This document shows, in pieces, positions 50,841 to 63,472 of a DNA stretch of 64,000 nucleotides. This DNA is from Carcharhinus amblyrhynchos (Eukaryota): NCBI GenBank assembly GCA_965287045.1, contig OZ336876.1, positions 4,526,001 to 4,590,000 on the forward strand, given 5' to 3'. The notes under the pieces are model-generated. The model searched no databases. It was not told the DNA's origin and saw only the letters and a list, made by a program, of their open reading frames with translations. A program made the translations under genes and the position numbers. Within the stretch, counting starts at the first letter, position 1; every line of letters starts with the position of its first letter.

Positions 50841-51710
50841 ACTGAATATGGTATGAGCATTGTGCAATCAACAGAAAATGGAAAGGAGCAGCTGAAGATA
50901 GTTGGAATTATGACAACCCTGCGGAACTCCTGCAATGTTGTCCTGGAGCTAAGATGGTTGACCTCCAACCACCACAACCATGCATCTTTGTGCCAAGAAT
51001 GACTCTAGCCAGCAGAGAACTTTCCTCTTGATACAATTCCCTGATGCCACATTCAGTCAAATATTGTGTTAATGCTAAGGAAAGTTACTCGCACCTCACC
51101 TCTGGAATTCAGCTCTTTTGTTCATGCTTGTTCAAAGGCTGTAATGAGGTCAGGAGTTGAGTGACCTTGGCAGAAGTCAAACTAAGCTTTAATGAGCAGG
51201 TGCATGATAGCACAGTTTATGACCACTCTCATCGCTTAACTAGTGATCAAGATTAATTGGACCGGTTGGATTTGTCCTGCTATTTGTGTATTTGACATAC
51301 CTTGGAAATTTTCCACACTGCTGTAACTGTAACTGGGATAGCTTGCTGAGGGGAGTGGCATGTTTTGGAGCATACGTTTTCAGTACTGTTGCTGAATATT
51401 GTCAGGGTCCATAGCCTTTTTACAGTTTTCAGTGCCTTCCGCTCTTGACATCATGTGGAGTGAATCAAATTTGCTGAAGACAGATCTGTGATGCTGGAGA
51501 TCTCCAGAGGAGGCTGAGTGGATCCTCCTGTTGGCAATTCTGGCTAAAATTGTTGCCCATGCTTCAGCCTCTTTTTTTTGCACTGATGTGCAGGGCTCCT
51601 CTATTAGTTAGGATGGGGATATATGTGGAGCCGCCTCCTCCACTGAGTTATTTAATTGTCCAACACCATCATGGTTGAATGTGGCAGCATTGAACAGCTT
51701 AGATCTGATC

Positions 51711-54700
51711 CATAAGACTATTAGACATAGAAGTACAATTAGGCCATTTGGTCCATCGAGTCTGCTCTGCCATACAATCATGGCTGTTTCTTTTCTCCTG
51801 CCTTTTCCCTGATCCCCTTATCAATCAAGAACCTATCTTTATCTTAAAAACACTCAATGATCTGGCCTTCACAGCCTTCTGCAACGAGTTCCACAGTTTT
51901 ACCTCTCTGGCTGAAGAAATTCCTCATCACTGTTTAAAGGATCGTTCCTTAAGCCCAAGTTGTGCCCTCAGGTTCTAGTTTTTCTTGCTAGTGGAAACAT
52001 CCTCTCCACATCCACTCTATCTAGGCCTCTTAGCATCCTATAAGTTTCAACAAGATTCCTTCCTCATCCTACTAAACTCCAACAAGTATTGACGCAGAGT
52101 CCTCAACCGTTCCTCATATGACAAGCTTTTCATTCCAGGGATCATTCTTGTGAACCGCCTCTGGACCCTCTCCAAGGCCAGCACATCCTTCCTTAGACAC
52201 TAGGCCCAAAACTGCTCACAATTTTCCAAATGGAGTCTGACCAGAGCTTTATACAGCCTCAAAAGTACATCCCTGCTCTTGTATTGCAGCCCTCTCAACA
52301 TGAATGCTAACATTACATTTGTCTTCCCAACTGCTGATTGAACCTATACATCAACCTTAAGACAATCTTGAACAAGGACCCCCAAATCCCTTTGTGTTTC
52401 TCGTTTCCTAAGCAGTTCCCTATTTAGAAAACAGTCTATGCCTCCGTTCTGCCTTCCAAAGTGCATAACCTCACACGTTTTCACATTGTATTCCATCTGC
52501 CATTGCTTTACCAACTCTCCTAACCTGTCCAAGTCTTTCTGCAGCCCTCTGCTTCCTCAATACTTGTCCCTCTACATATCTTTGTATCCTCCTTCAAATC
52601 ATTAATGTATATTGTGAAAAGTTGTGATCCCAACACTGACCCCTGAGGCATACTACTAGTAAGGCCACAATCCTGATAAAGACCCCTTTATCCCCACTTT
52701 CTGCCTTCTGCTAGTCAGCCAATCCTTTATCTGTGCCAGGATCTTACCCTTCACACCATGGACACTTAACTTATTTAACAGTCTTGTCAAAGGCCTTCTG
52801 GAAATCTAAATAAATCGTGTTTGCTAGTTCTCCTTTATCTAACCTCCTTGCTACCTCCTCAAAGAACTCTAACAGATTTGTGACACATGACCTCCCCTTG
52901 ACAAAGCTGTGCTGACTCAGTCCTTCTTTATCATGCACTTCCAAGTACACTGTGCTCTCATCTTTAATAATGGACTTTCAAATCTTGCCAATGACAAAAG
53001 TCAGACTAGCCATCTATAATTTCCCATCTGCTGCCTTCCTCCCTTCTTAAACAGCGGTGTTACATTCATTATTTTCCAGTCTTCTGATACTGCCCTTGCA
53101 GCGAGTGATTCCTGAAAGATCACCAATGCCTCCACAATTTCCTCTGCTATCTCTTTTTGAACCCTGAGGTGTAGTGCATCTGGTCCAGGTGATTTATCCA
53201 CCTTCAGACATTTCAGTTTCCCCAGAAACTTCTCCTTCATGATGGCATTACACTCACCTGTGACGCCAACTTTCCTGCAGTTCTGGCATCCCACTGGTGT
53301 GTTCCACCATTAAGACTCATGCAAAGTAACTGTTCAGTTACTCTGCCACTGCTTTGTTTTCTATTATTGCTTCTCCAGTCATCCAATGGCTATTTTTGCC
53401 TCTTCTCTTACCTTTTATATATTGAAATAACTCTTCCCATCTTCTTTTATACTACTAACAAGCTTACACTCATATTTCATCTTCTCTCCCTTACTGCTTT
53501 TTTAGTTGTCCTCTGATTTCTTTTAAAGGCTTCCTAATCCTCTGGCTTCCCACGAATCCTTGCCACTTCATATGCTTTTCCCTCATCAGCCACAGAAGCC
53601 TCGTCCTCCCCTTAGCATGTTTCTTCCCTCTTGGGATGAATTTCTATTCTGCCTCCCAAATAACTCTCAAACTCCTGCCATTGCTGTGCCACTGTCTTCC
53701 CTGCTAGGTTCCCTTTCCAATCAACTCTGGCCAGCTCCTCTCTCTTTTATCTGTAGTTACCTTTATTTAATTTAATACCGTTATATCTGATTCCAGATTC
53801 TCCCTCTCAAACTGCAGGGTAAATTCTATCATATTGTGGTCACAGCTCCCTAAGGGTTCCTTCACTAAGTTCCCTAATCAAGTCTGCCTCATTACGCATC
53901 ACCAAATCCAGAATTGCCTATTCCACAATAGGCACTATTACAAGCTGCTTCAAAAAAAAAACACCTTAGACATTCCACAAATTCCTTTTCTTGGGATCCA
54001 CTACCTACCTGATTTTCCCAGTCCACTTGCACATTGAAGTCCTCCATGATTATTGTTATATATGCCTTTTCCATCTCCTAACATATTTTCTGCTTCACAT
54101 CCTGGCTACTGCTAGGGGCCTGTACATAACTCCCATCAGGGTCTCTTTACCTTTGCGATTCCTCAATTCTATCCATAGAGATTGCCTTCTGATCCTATAT
54201 CACTTCTTGCTATTGATTTAACTTCATTTCTTACAAACAATGCAACCCTGCGCCCTTTGCCCATCTGCCTGTCCTTCCGATAGGACACATACTCTTGGAT
54301 ATTTAGATCCCAGCCTGATCTCCAAGCAGCCACGTCTCTGCTGCCCACAATATCGTACCAACCAATTTCAATGTGTGCAACATTTACCTTGTTCCGTATA
54401 CTGTGCGCATTTAGGTACAACACCTTCAGTCCCGCATTGACCACCTCCTCTCTCATACTTGTCACCTTTTTTGCTCTGCTTGAGGTTAGATTCCTGCCAC
54501 CTTCTATACTACTTGGTCTGGAAACTTTACCAATCTCTCCTGAGCTCTCAGCTCCATTAACCTGCACTTCTACCCCATCCTTTAACTTTGATTTTCTAAC
54601 TTTCTATACAACTGAACCCTCCCCCCAGATCTTTAGCTTAAAGCCCTATCTATAGCCCTAGTTATATGATTCGCTAGGACTCTGGTCCCAGCATGATCAG

Positions 54701-55035
54701 ATGAAGAACGTTCCATCGGAACAGGTCCTCTCTTCCCCAATACTGGTGCCAATATCCCATGAATTCAAACCAATTCCTCCCACACCAATTTTTGAGCCAC
54801 ACATTTACTTCCTTAATTTTATTGACCCTGTGCCAATTAGCTTGTGGCTCTGGTAGTAATCCAGAGATTATTAGCTTTTTGGTTTTTTAATTTCGCTCCC
54901 AGCTGTTTGTACTTCCTTAGCAGAACCTTTGTTCCTGTTCTACCTACGTCATTGGTATCTACGTGGACCATGATAACTGGATCTTTACCTTCCCACTCCA
55001 AGTTCCTCCGCAGCCCATCTGAGATATCTTGAACA
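51711..55035 (-). mobile_element. Near full-length older CR1: ORF1 esterase fragment + APE + RT
   Basis: ORF1 SGNH block LEWEGKDPVIMVHVDTNDVGR; APE LKVLYLNAHSIRNKV and IMEDFN; [21 protein letters not shown]; QMEYNVKTCEVMHFG. Confidence 0.9.
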
Positions 55036-56599
55036 CAACCTTCAGGATTCAGGATCTTGATCACAGAGTACAACATCAATGCCCTTAACTATACAATCCA
55101 ATGGTTGTGTAATTACTTGCTGTTCATGCTATTGGCAAAGAATAATTCCTGTGTTGTAGCCTTACCAAGTTGGCACTTTTTTTTTGAAACAAGTTTGGGT
55201 GGTGTTGTCCCTGATATGCTCTCTTTCACTCTTCATTGAAACAGGGTTGGTCCACTAGCTTGGTGGTGATAGTGCGGTGGAGGAGGAGGGGGAGGAGACT
55301 TTTTGTCAATCTATGTTGACGATTCCGAGCCACTTTTAGTGGTGGATATTCAGGAAATCCATCCAGAGTACATGCTGCACTCTAGGCACCCTAATTTGTT
55401 ATTCATCATGGGATTCATTGTGTAGGAGTACTCATTTATCAGCTGAAGGGGTCATATTTGATAATCAGCTGGAGGTTTCCTTGCCCATATGATGCAATGA
55501 GACATCCTGGGGTCTAAAGCTGATATTGAACACACTCAGCACAATGTTGTTGTTCCTGTGTACAATTGTGCAGCAAACTCCTGCTGGGTCTATCCTGCCT
55601 GTGGGACAGGTGATAACCAGGAATAGTGATACTGGTGATAGGGACATTATCTGCAAGGTATGAATACATCTGTCGGGCTGTTGCTTGACTAGGCTGAGAG
55701 ACAACTTTCCAAATATTAGCACAAGCCCATAGGTGCTCTGCATATTTTTGCTAACCCTAGCATGGTAAGTGATATAGTCACAATGGAAAATTGCCAGAGA
55801 ACTACTATAGGAATGATTTCAGTTTAGAGGTGTTCAGCTATTCAGACTGGCTCAAAGATCCTGTTTATTTACTTTCCTCTAGTGCATACACATATGACCT
55901 TGTAAAGGTTAAATAAATAACTAAATAGCCCAACAGACTCACTATTGATAAATTATTCCAGTTTATCAGGTTGGGGAGGACACATGAACACTGGCTTATT
56001 CTCAGTGTTCTTTGTTAATTTTCTAAGAATTGTAATTTCAACAGCAGGTGTTCGCTGAATCTCTGCCATTGAGGTCCATGTACCTGTTTCTGACTGGGGT
56101 GGAACTCAGCATGTAAAGGGTTAGTATCATTACAAGCAACATTTAGCCCATATAATTTCCTGGATTGGTTTCAATCGGCTGAGGCAATCAGGAAAGAACA
56201 TTAGCTTTTCATTATTGTTTGTGATTTTCTCATTTTTGCTTGTAAAATACATGACTGTAGGTTTGCAAAGTGAGAGGGTGGATGTGTTTATCCATGACAC
56301 TGACATTTTGCAGCATGGTTTGGCGGGCCATCGGGTCACTTCCTACTTCTACAAAAAACGTAACTGCTTTGTTACATTTTTGGCTGTTTCTCAGGTGTAG
56401 GAGATGCTTATCACTTGGTGTAATGCCTTTCTTCCCCTTCGTTGTGAGCAGTGTCCTTGCTCCACGTAGAAGATTGATATCAGGATTCAAAGAGAATCGA
56501 CATCCTTCCAGGTAAAAGGTGTCATATATAACAGAAATTATTTCAATTTGATAAGAAAATGCAATGTCCAAAGATGTGCATGATGCATGGCAGAAATCT

Positions 56600-57680
56600 T
56601 TTGAATAAGTAATTCATGAGTAACACAAGAAAGCTAATGAGTATTATCATTTAGTATTAGGGAAATTGATAACAGAAAGATGGAGGTTATGCTTTAATTG
56701 TGTGGGGCACTGGTACTATTCTACATACAGTATTGATCCACTTATTTAAAAGGGTTAGAAGCAGTTCAGACGGGTTTACTGGACAAATACATGAAATGAA
56801 TGGGTTGTCCAATGAGAAAAGGTTGGACAATGTTTCCACTGCCGTTTGGAAGAGTAGAAAACAACTTAATTTAAGATTCTTCGGGGCTACTGACAGGGTG
56901 GATGCAGAAAGGATGTTAACTTTTGTAATAGAATCTAGAACTGGGGTCACTGTTTCAAAATAAGATGGGATTTTCACAGTAATTTCATTGCAGTGTTAAT
57001 GTAAGATTACTTGTGACAATCAATAAGTCAAATCAATCCATTAAGGCAGAGTTGTGGAGAAATTTGCTCTCAAAGGATTTTTGGAAATCATTCTTCCAAA
57101 GACAGTGGAAGCACTATCTATGAATATTTCAAAGCACAGCTCAATAGATTCTTGACTAACGAATGGGAGAAAAATTATCGGGGGAAGACAGGAATGTGGG
57201 ATTGAGGCTGCAATCTGATTCGCTATGATTTTATAGAATGATGAAAGCCAAATGGATACAAAATTGGCTTGATATCAGAAAACAGAGGGTGGTTGTCGAG
57301 GGTTCTTCTTTTCTAACTGGAGGCCTGTGACCAGCAATGTGCCTCAGGTATCAGTGTTGGGTCCACTGTTATTTGTTATTTATATTCATGATTTGGATAA
57401 GGATTTAGGAGGTATGGTTAGTAAGTTTGCAGATGACACCAAGATTGGTGGCTTAGTGGACAGCGAAGAGGGTTATCTAGGACTGCAATGGTATCTTGAT
57501 CAATTGGGCCAGTGGGCTGACGAATGGCAAATGGAGTTTAATTTAGATAAATGTGGGATGATGCATTTTGGTCGATCAAACCAAGGCAGGACTTAATTAA
57601 TTTTAGGACATTGTGGAGAATTAAAGAACAAAGAGATCTAAGGGTACATATTCATAGCTCACTGAAAGCAGAGTCACATT
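56600..57680 (+). mobile_element. Old CR1 fragments with an embedded SINE tail (about 56973-57035)
   Basis: ORF 57327-57596 [22 protein letters not shown]. Confidence 0.75.
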
Positions 57681-57747
57681 CAGACAGCTAATCATTCAGA
57701 TTTAAAAAGTGAAGTACATGGTTTGAAATTTCTTATTCATCTCTTAC

Positions 57748-57813
57748 CTTTCAGGTGAGTGGGTATTTCTGATAAACCACGTGTGATGTTCATATAATCA
57801 AATGGATCATGAC
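57748..57813 (-). pseudogene. NLR pseudogene, 66-bp linker exon (GHDPFDYMNITRGLSEIPTHLK)
   Basis: TTCAG acceptor and GTAAGA donor, phase 1-1, open; splices in frame to the NACHT exon start (D-VHQK). Confidence 0.8.
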
Positions 57814-57922
57814 CTGAATAAAGGAATTACATTTCATGAAATCAGATGTGTAACATTACATAGTAAAATCTGCAGTGTTTAAACCTTGAATTCACTGTGT
57901 TATCCTAACGTACCAAGATCCT

Positions 57923-58030
57923 GGGCGGCACGGTAGCACAGTGGTTAGTACTGCTGTTTCACAGCTCCAGGGTCCTGGGTTCAATTCCCAGCTCGGGTCA
58001 CTGTCTGTGTGAAGTTTGCATGTTCTCCTC
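57923..58030 (+). mobile_element. V-SINE 5' head
   Basis: gggcggcacggtagcacagtggttag..gggttcaattcc. Confidence 0.88.
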
Positions 58031-59044
58031 ACATCTTGATTCAGTTGTTAACGTCAAGTACATGGGAATAAACTAAATTTATAATTGAAAAAAACATTTG
58101 AGAGAGTAAATAATCACAGAGAACATGCAATAATTATAAAGTAATTAATTTTCTCTGCCCTTAAACGTCCAACAAGTCATTAAATGACTGATTGTCAACA
58201 TGAACAACTTGTTTCTCACACTTAGTGATTTACAAAGAAATGACGATCATTCAAAGGTGGTAGATGTAATGGGTTTGGAAGATGGCAGCAAAGGAGTTTT
58301 GATGAGTTGCTGCAGTGCATCATATATACCTTACTGCTACTGTGCATCACTGGGGAGGGTGTGAATGTTGAAGGCGAAGGATGGGTGGCTTTCAGGCGAC
58401 TGCTTTACTCTAGATGTTCTCACACTTCGGTAGTTGTTTGAGCTGCACTTATCCAGCAAGTGGAGAGTATTCCATCACACTCCTGAGTTATGCCTTGTAA
58501 ATAGTGGATTTTGGACAGTTCTTTGGAGAGTCAGGTGAGTTTGTCTCAGAGACCTTCCAGACTCTGACCTGCTCTCATCACTACAGTATTCACGATTGGT
58601 TCAGTTCAGTTTCTAGTCAATATAGTTTCCTGTGTAATTCATTGCCTTCCTTCTACATACGTAAAGGTGGAAGGAGTTACCTGTGGTCACTCCTTTTCCC
58701 AATCCCACTAAAGCTCTTTTCCTTGTTTTCACTCCATTATCCCTAAATTGTTTCCCTGTCCTTGGTGCAGATACTGAGAAATCCTCCACTATCTTCAACT
58801 GTTCAGATTGTTTTGGATAACATTTGCTGAGTTTATTTCTTTCTTTCCTATTTTACTATAACATTCTACAAACATCCAATAATTCCCAGTGAAAGCGTGG
58901 AAATTAACTATTGTATTGTGCTGTATTTAATAGGGTAAAATAGACTCCTGTGAGATAACCCTTTCTCTTCCTGACACAAGAACATTTTTGCAGCACAAAA
59001 ATTAAGGTTTACACCCTACAGCAGTAACGAGAAGCATTGAACTA

Positions 59045-59250
59045 TTGGAAGCGTTGTCTTTCAGATGAAATGTTAAATCGATGGACAATCTGCCTGTTCC
59101 AGTGGATGTAAAAGATTTGTGAGAATTTGATGTGTACAAATTGGCCGCTGTCACGACTACCCTTCAGAAGCACTTTGTAGATGATAAGGGGCTTTGAAAT
59201 GCCTGTTGAGGTGAAAAATGCTATATAAATACAAGTCTTTCTTTTTTTGA
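59045..59250 (+). mobile_element. Deu-domain SINE remnant (SacSINE1/AmnSINE1-like)
   Basis: gtctttcagatgaaatgttaaatcga..gtggatgtaaaagat..aaattggccgc..gctatataaatacaagtcttt resembles the DeuSINE consensus as recalled. Confidence 0.65.
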
Positions 59251-59929
59251 TGTGAGCATGTAATTGTAGATGCCTCAGTGCAAAATAATTATTGAAGATT
59301 AAATTGGGTGATAGGATTGGATACAGAATTACTGAGTACACCAGACATATATTTCAGTCTTTGTCCTTCCAGGTGGTCCACACTTTGCATTTTGGAGATT
59401 CTGTCAAGGGAGTCTGAGTGAGTTACTTCAGTGCAACTAGCATAATGGTATATGAGTGTCACTGTGTCAGTGGTAGAGGGAAGGAAATGTTTCCAGTAGC
59501 AGACTGCATGCAAATCAAGTGAATAGCTTTATCCTGGATGATGGTGAGCTTCTTAGATACTGTTGGACCTGCACTAATACATGGTAGTAGAGAGTAATAT
59601 GTCATATTCCTCACTTATGTCTTTTTGATGAGTTGTAGGCTTTGGAAAGTCAAGAAGTGAGCCACTTGCAGCATAATTCCTCTTGTAGCCACAGTTTTAC
59701 CTTGCCAGACTAATTAAGTTGCTGGTCAATAGTAACCATTGTGGCAGTGAGGAATTTAGCAATGTTACAGCTGCTGAATTTCAAACAAAGCTCATTAAAA
59801 TTTCTCTTTATGGATATGGTCATTGCCTGGTATTTATGTAGCTTGTATCAGACTGAATATGGTCCAGCTTTTGCTGTCCAAGGAGTTCCATCTTGCGCTG
59901 CCCATTGTATAAACTTCTCCCACACTTGC

Positions 59930-60096
59930 ACGATATTCTTGACCACTGAAATTGTTGCATTCTGTTATTGTAAGACCAAGACCTTCCAATCCTTCTACTA
60001 TCACCATTTCTATTCTGTCCCAATAGAATTTTATCAGCAGGAACAGTTGATAATCAGCAGACTTTGTCAAAAATTCAGTGATTTTAGAGTTTGGAT
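59930..60096 (-). pseudogene. NLR pseudogene, N-terminal helical (death-fold-like) exon
   Basis: Open frame PNSKITEFLTKSADYQLFLLIKFYWDRIEMVIVEGLEGLGLTITECNNFSGQEYR resembles N-termini of chondrichthyan NLRs as recalled. Acceptor CACAA (AG lost), donor GCAAGT. Confidence 0.72.
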
Positions 60097-60409
60097 TTGT
60101 GAACACAAAATTAGGAAACACATGTTATTTAGTTTCTACCTGGGCCCTTACAATTCCTCTTAGACTTGTAGCACATCACTAAAGTTTCCTGTGAGCCACA
60201 TTTCAACAACCTTTCAAAATTCCATGAGCATTCAAAGATATCCTAGCTAATTCATGACTTAAGATCATATAACCAGTTTTGCTCCAAATCACTTAACACC
60301 TCAAGTTAACAAGAAATTTGACCTCAAATTTCAAATATCAAATTTATTTTGTGGAAGGAATGTCTTTACATGAAGAAGCATTTTCTAATTTCACTCCTGC
60401 AAGATATGC

Positions 60410-62315
60410 CAGAGTGAGTACACCAATACAGTAACTGGCTTTGTCAGTAATGTGTAGAAGACTGTGCACCAAAGAAGCAAAATTGTGTGTTTCCAAACCA
60501 GAACCATGGATGAACAAGGATATCCACTGCTTGCTCAAGTCCAGGTCTGAGGCATTCAAGTCAAATGACACTGCCCATACAAGAAATCCATATATGGTCT
60601 ACGGAAATACATCAAAGATGCCAAAAGACAGTACTGGACCAAGCTAGAGTCCCAGGCTAGCCACACAGGCTTCCATTGACTATGGCAAGGTCTGCAGGAC
60701 TTAACAGGTTACAATATGCAGGCATGTAGAATTACCAGCAATGTACCCCTCCTTGATGAGCCCATCACATTCTATGCCCATTTTGAGCAGGAAGTCAACA
60801 AGAGCATACCTTCCACCCCAGAAGCCTCGCTGAACCAATATCCAAGGTCACCATCACAGACATCAGATCAGCCTTCTGAAAAGCCTCAGGAAGCGACTAG
60901 CCCGGATGAACGTTCAAATCTTGCATGGACCAGCTGGAGGGGGCATTCATAGACATTTTTAACATCCCCTTACATCAATCTGAGGGCCTTATCTGCTTCA
61001 AGATGAGAACCAAAATTCCTGTACCAAAGAAAAGCCAGGCAGAGTGTCTTAATGACCATCATCCGGAGGCACTGACATCCATCACTATGAAGTGCTCCGA
61101 AAGGATTGTCATGGCACAAATCAATTCCTCCCTGCCAGACTGTCTGGATCCACTACAGTTTGACAGGTCCACAGCAGACCATCTACCCAGCCCTACACTC
61201 AATCTTGGAACACCAGGATAAGAAAGACACTTGTCAGACTCCAATTTATTGGGTACAGCTTAGCCTTCATCGCCATTACTCCCATAAAACTAGTCTTCAA
61301 ACTCCATGGGCTCGGCTCCTCCCTCTGCGACTGGATCTTACACTTCCTAACCCACAGACTGCAATCAGTTGGAACAGACAACAATATCTCCTCCATGATT
61401 ATCCTCAATACTTGTGTCCCACAATGCTTTGTCCTCGGCCCTTTATTATACACCGAAGAATGTGTTGCCAAATTCCCCTCCAACTCAATTTTCAATTTTG
61501 CTGATGAAACCACCATGGTGGGTTGGATCTCAAACAATGATCAGACGACTTCAGGAAAGAGATAGCGAATCTGGTGAACTGGCAACGACAATAACCTCTC
61601 CCTCAATGTCAACAAAATGAAGAAGATAGTCATTGACTTCAGGAAATGTAAAGGAGAACATGCTCCTGTCTACAATGGGGGTGAAGTGAAAAAGGTCAAG
61701 AGCTTCAAGTTTTTAAGTGTCCAGATCACCAACAACCTGTCCTGGCCCCTCCATGCCAGCGCTATAGTTATGAAGGCTCACCAATGCCTCTACTTTCACA
61801 AGAGGCGAAGGAAATTTAGCATGTTAGCTATGACTCCCACCAATTTTTATGGAAGCACCACGGAAAGCATCCCATCTGGTTGTATCACAACTTAGTATGG
61901 CTCTTGCTCTGTCCAAGAGCGCAGGAAACTACAAAGTGTCATGAACAAAGCCCAGTCAATCATGCAAACCAGCCTCCCATCCATTGACTCTGTCTACACC
62001 TCCTGTTACCTCCGAAAAGCAGCCAGGACCCCACACACCCCGGACATAATCTCTTCCATTTTCTTCTGTAGGAAAAGGATACAAAAGTCCGAGGTCATGT
62101 ATCAACCAAACGACTTCTTCCCTGCTGCTATTAGATTTTCAAATGGACCTAGCTTGTATTAAATTGATCTTTCTCTACACCCTAGCTACGACTGTAACAT
62201 TGCATTCTGCATCCTCTCCTTTCCTTCTCTATGAACAGTATGCAGTATATTGCATGCAAGAAACATTTTTTTTACTGTAAACTAATACATGTGACAATAA
62301 TAAATCAAATCAAAA
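60410..62315 (+). mobile_element. Rex1/Babar-clade LINE, decayed, 5'-truncated
   Basis: PWMNKDIHCLLKSR, CFK..KIPVPKK..LNDHHPEALTSITMKCSER, CDWILHFLTHR, FADETTMVG, KKIVIDFRK; tail aataataaatcaaatcaaa. Confidence 0.9.
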
Positions 62316-62834
62316 TCTAATTTTGACTACAACCACTACCACACATCCACCCTACAGCACCAAATCCTAGACCCAACCTCATACCAGCATGTGTTTCTCT
62401 ATCTGCCACGTAATGTTCTAAATAGCATTGAATACGATCACAATTTATATAATCAACTCTCAAAACATAATCCTTGCAGGCCAGGTATAATTTCACTAAA
62501 TATACACTGCATTGCCACTAAAGACAAGAGACCCTTCCTAAGACGTGAAGCACAATTGTTAACAGCATGATCATGTAATCATATGAACTAGGAGCAGCAG
62601 TTAAGGCCATTCAGCTCATGAAGCCAGTACTCCCATCCACTGAGATAATGGATGACCTGACTGTGGCCTTAACTCTAGGAACTGTCTGTACAGGAGCTTG
62701 TTAGCTCCGAAAACACTGTCTATCTCTTAGTGTCTTTGTTCACTGAATACAAGGGCCAACATTATTTTTGTACACAATTGGTAAATTCACATGATTTACT
62801 GACATCTCTTTGCATATTTCCATCACAATCAGAG

Positions 62835-63108
62835 GCCACAGTGGCATAGTGGTAGCACTGCTGCCTCATAGCACCAGGGACCTGGGTTCTATTCCTTGCT
62901 TGGGTCACTTTTGGTATGGATTTTGCACATTCTCCCAGTGTCTGCGTGGGTTTCCTTCAGGTGCTCTGGTTTCCTTCCACAGTCTGAAAGACATGCTAGT
63001 TAGCTACATTGACCTGAACAGGTGCCGGTGTGGCAACTAGGGGAATTTCTCAGTAACATCATTGCAGTGTTAACGTAAGCTTTTCTTGTGAGTAATAAGT
63101 AAACTTTA
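62835..63108 (+). mobile_element. V-SINE (tail B)
   Basis: tRNA head, V-domain, cagtaacatcattgcagtgttaacgtaagc tail. Confidence 0.88.
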
Positions 63109-63157
63109 CTATAGTCTGTCATCAGCAAATTTAGACGTGTGGCTTTTTATTTCATGG

Positions 63158-63472
63158 CGACGGCATGGTGGCACAGTGATAAGCCATGCTGCCTCACAGC
63201 ACCAGGGACCCAGGTTCAATTCCAGCCTTGGGTAACTGTGTGGAATTTGCATGTTCTCCCTGTGTCTGTGTGGGTTTCCTCCAGGTGTTCCTGTCCTCCT
63301 ACAATCTAAAGTTGTGTGGATTAGGTTGATTGGCCATGCTAAATTGCCCCTTAGTGTCAGAAGGCCTAGTTGGGTAAACGTGGGGCTATGGGGATAAGGC
63401 CTGGCTGTGAATGTGGTTGATACAGACCTGATGGGCTGAATGGCCTCCTTCTGCACTGTAGGGATTCTAGAA
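63158..63472 (+). mobile_element. V-SINE (tail A)
   Basis: tRNA head, V-domain, gggctgaatggcctccttctgcactgtagggattcta tail. Confidence 0.9.

Larger units (their letters stand above)
49555..55735 (-). mobile_element. Second copy of the 11696-14199 LINE family, broken by nested insertions
   Basis: Pieces 49555-49943, 50229-50390, 50845-51710 and 55040-55735 match 12130-13870 in reverse (QQDLDNIQ; KAMDPDNI; LVKQQPD). Confidence 0.75.

Noticed and set aside
56130-56400. Chemokine-like wording (KPCCK..SLCKPTVMYFTSK; SQKCNKAVTFF) on the minus strand
   Set aside because: No signal peptide, wrong Cys spacing and no chemokine exon structure; probably chance.
56395-56511. Plus-strand exon-like segment with AG and GT ends
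   Set aside because: Two frames contain stops, the third has no recognisable homology, and no partner exons were found.
57923-57995. tRNA genes at A/B-box sites (also 11696, 63158)
   Set aside because: They continue into SINE or LINE bodies and do not form a full cloverleaf.
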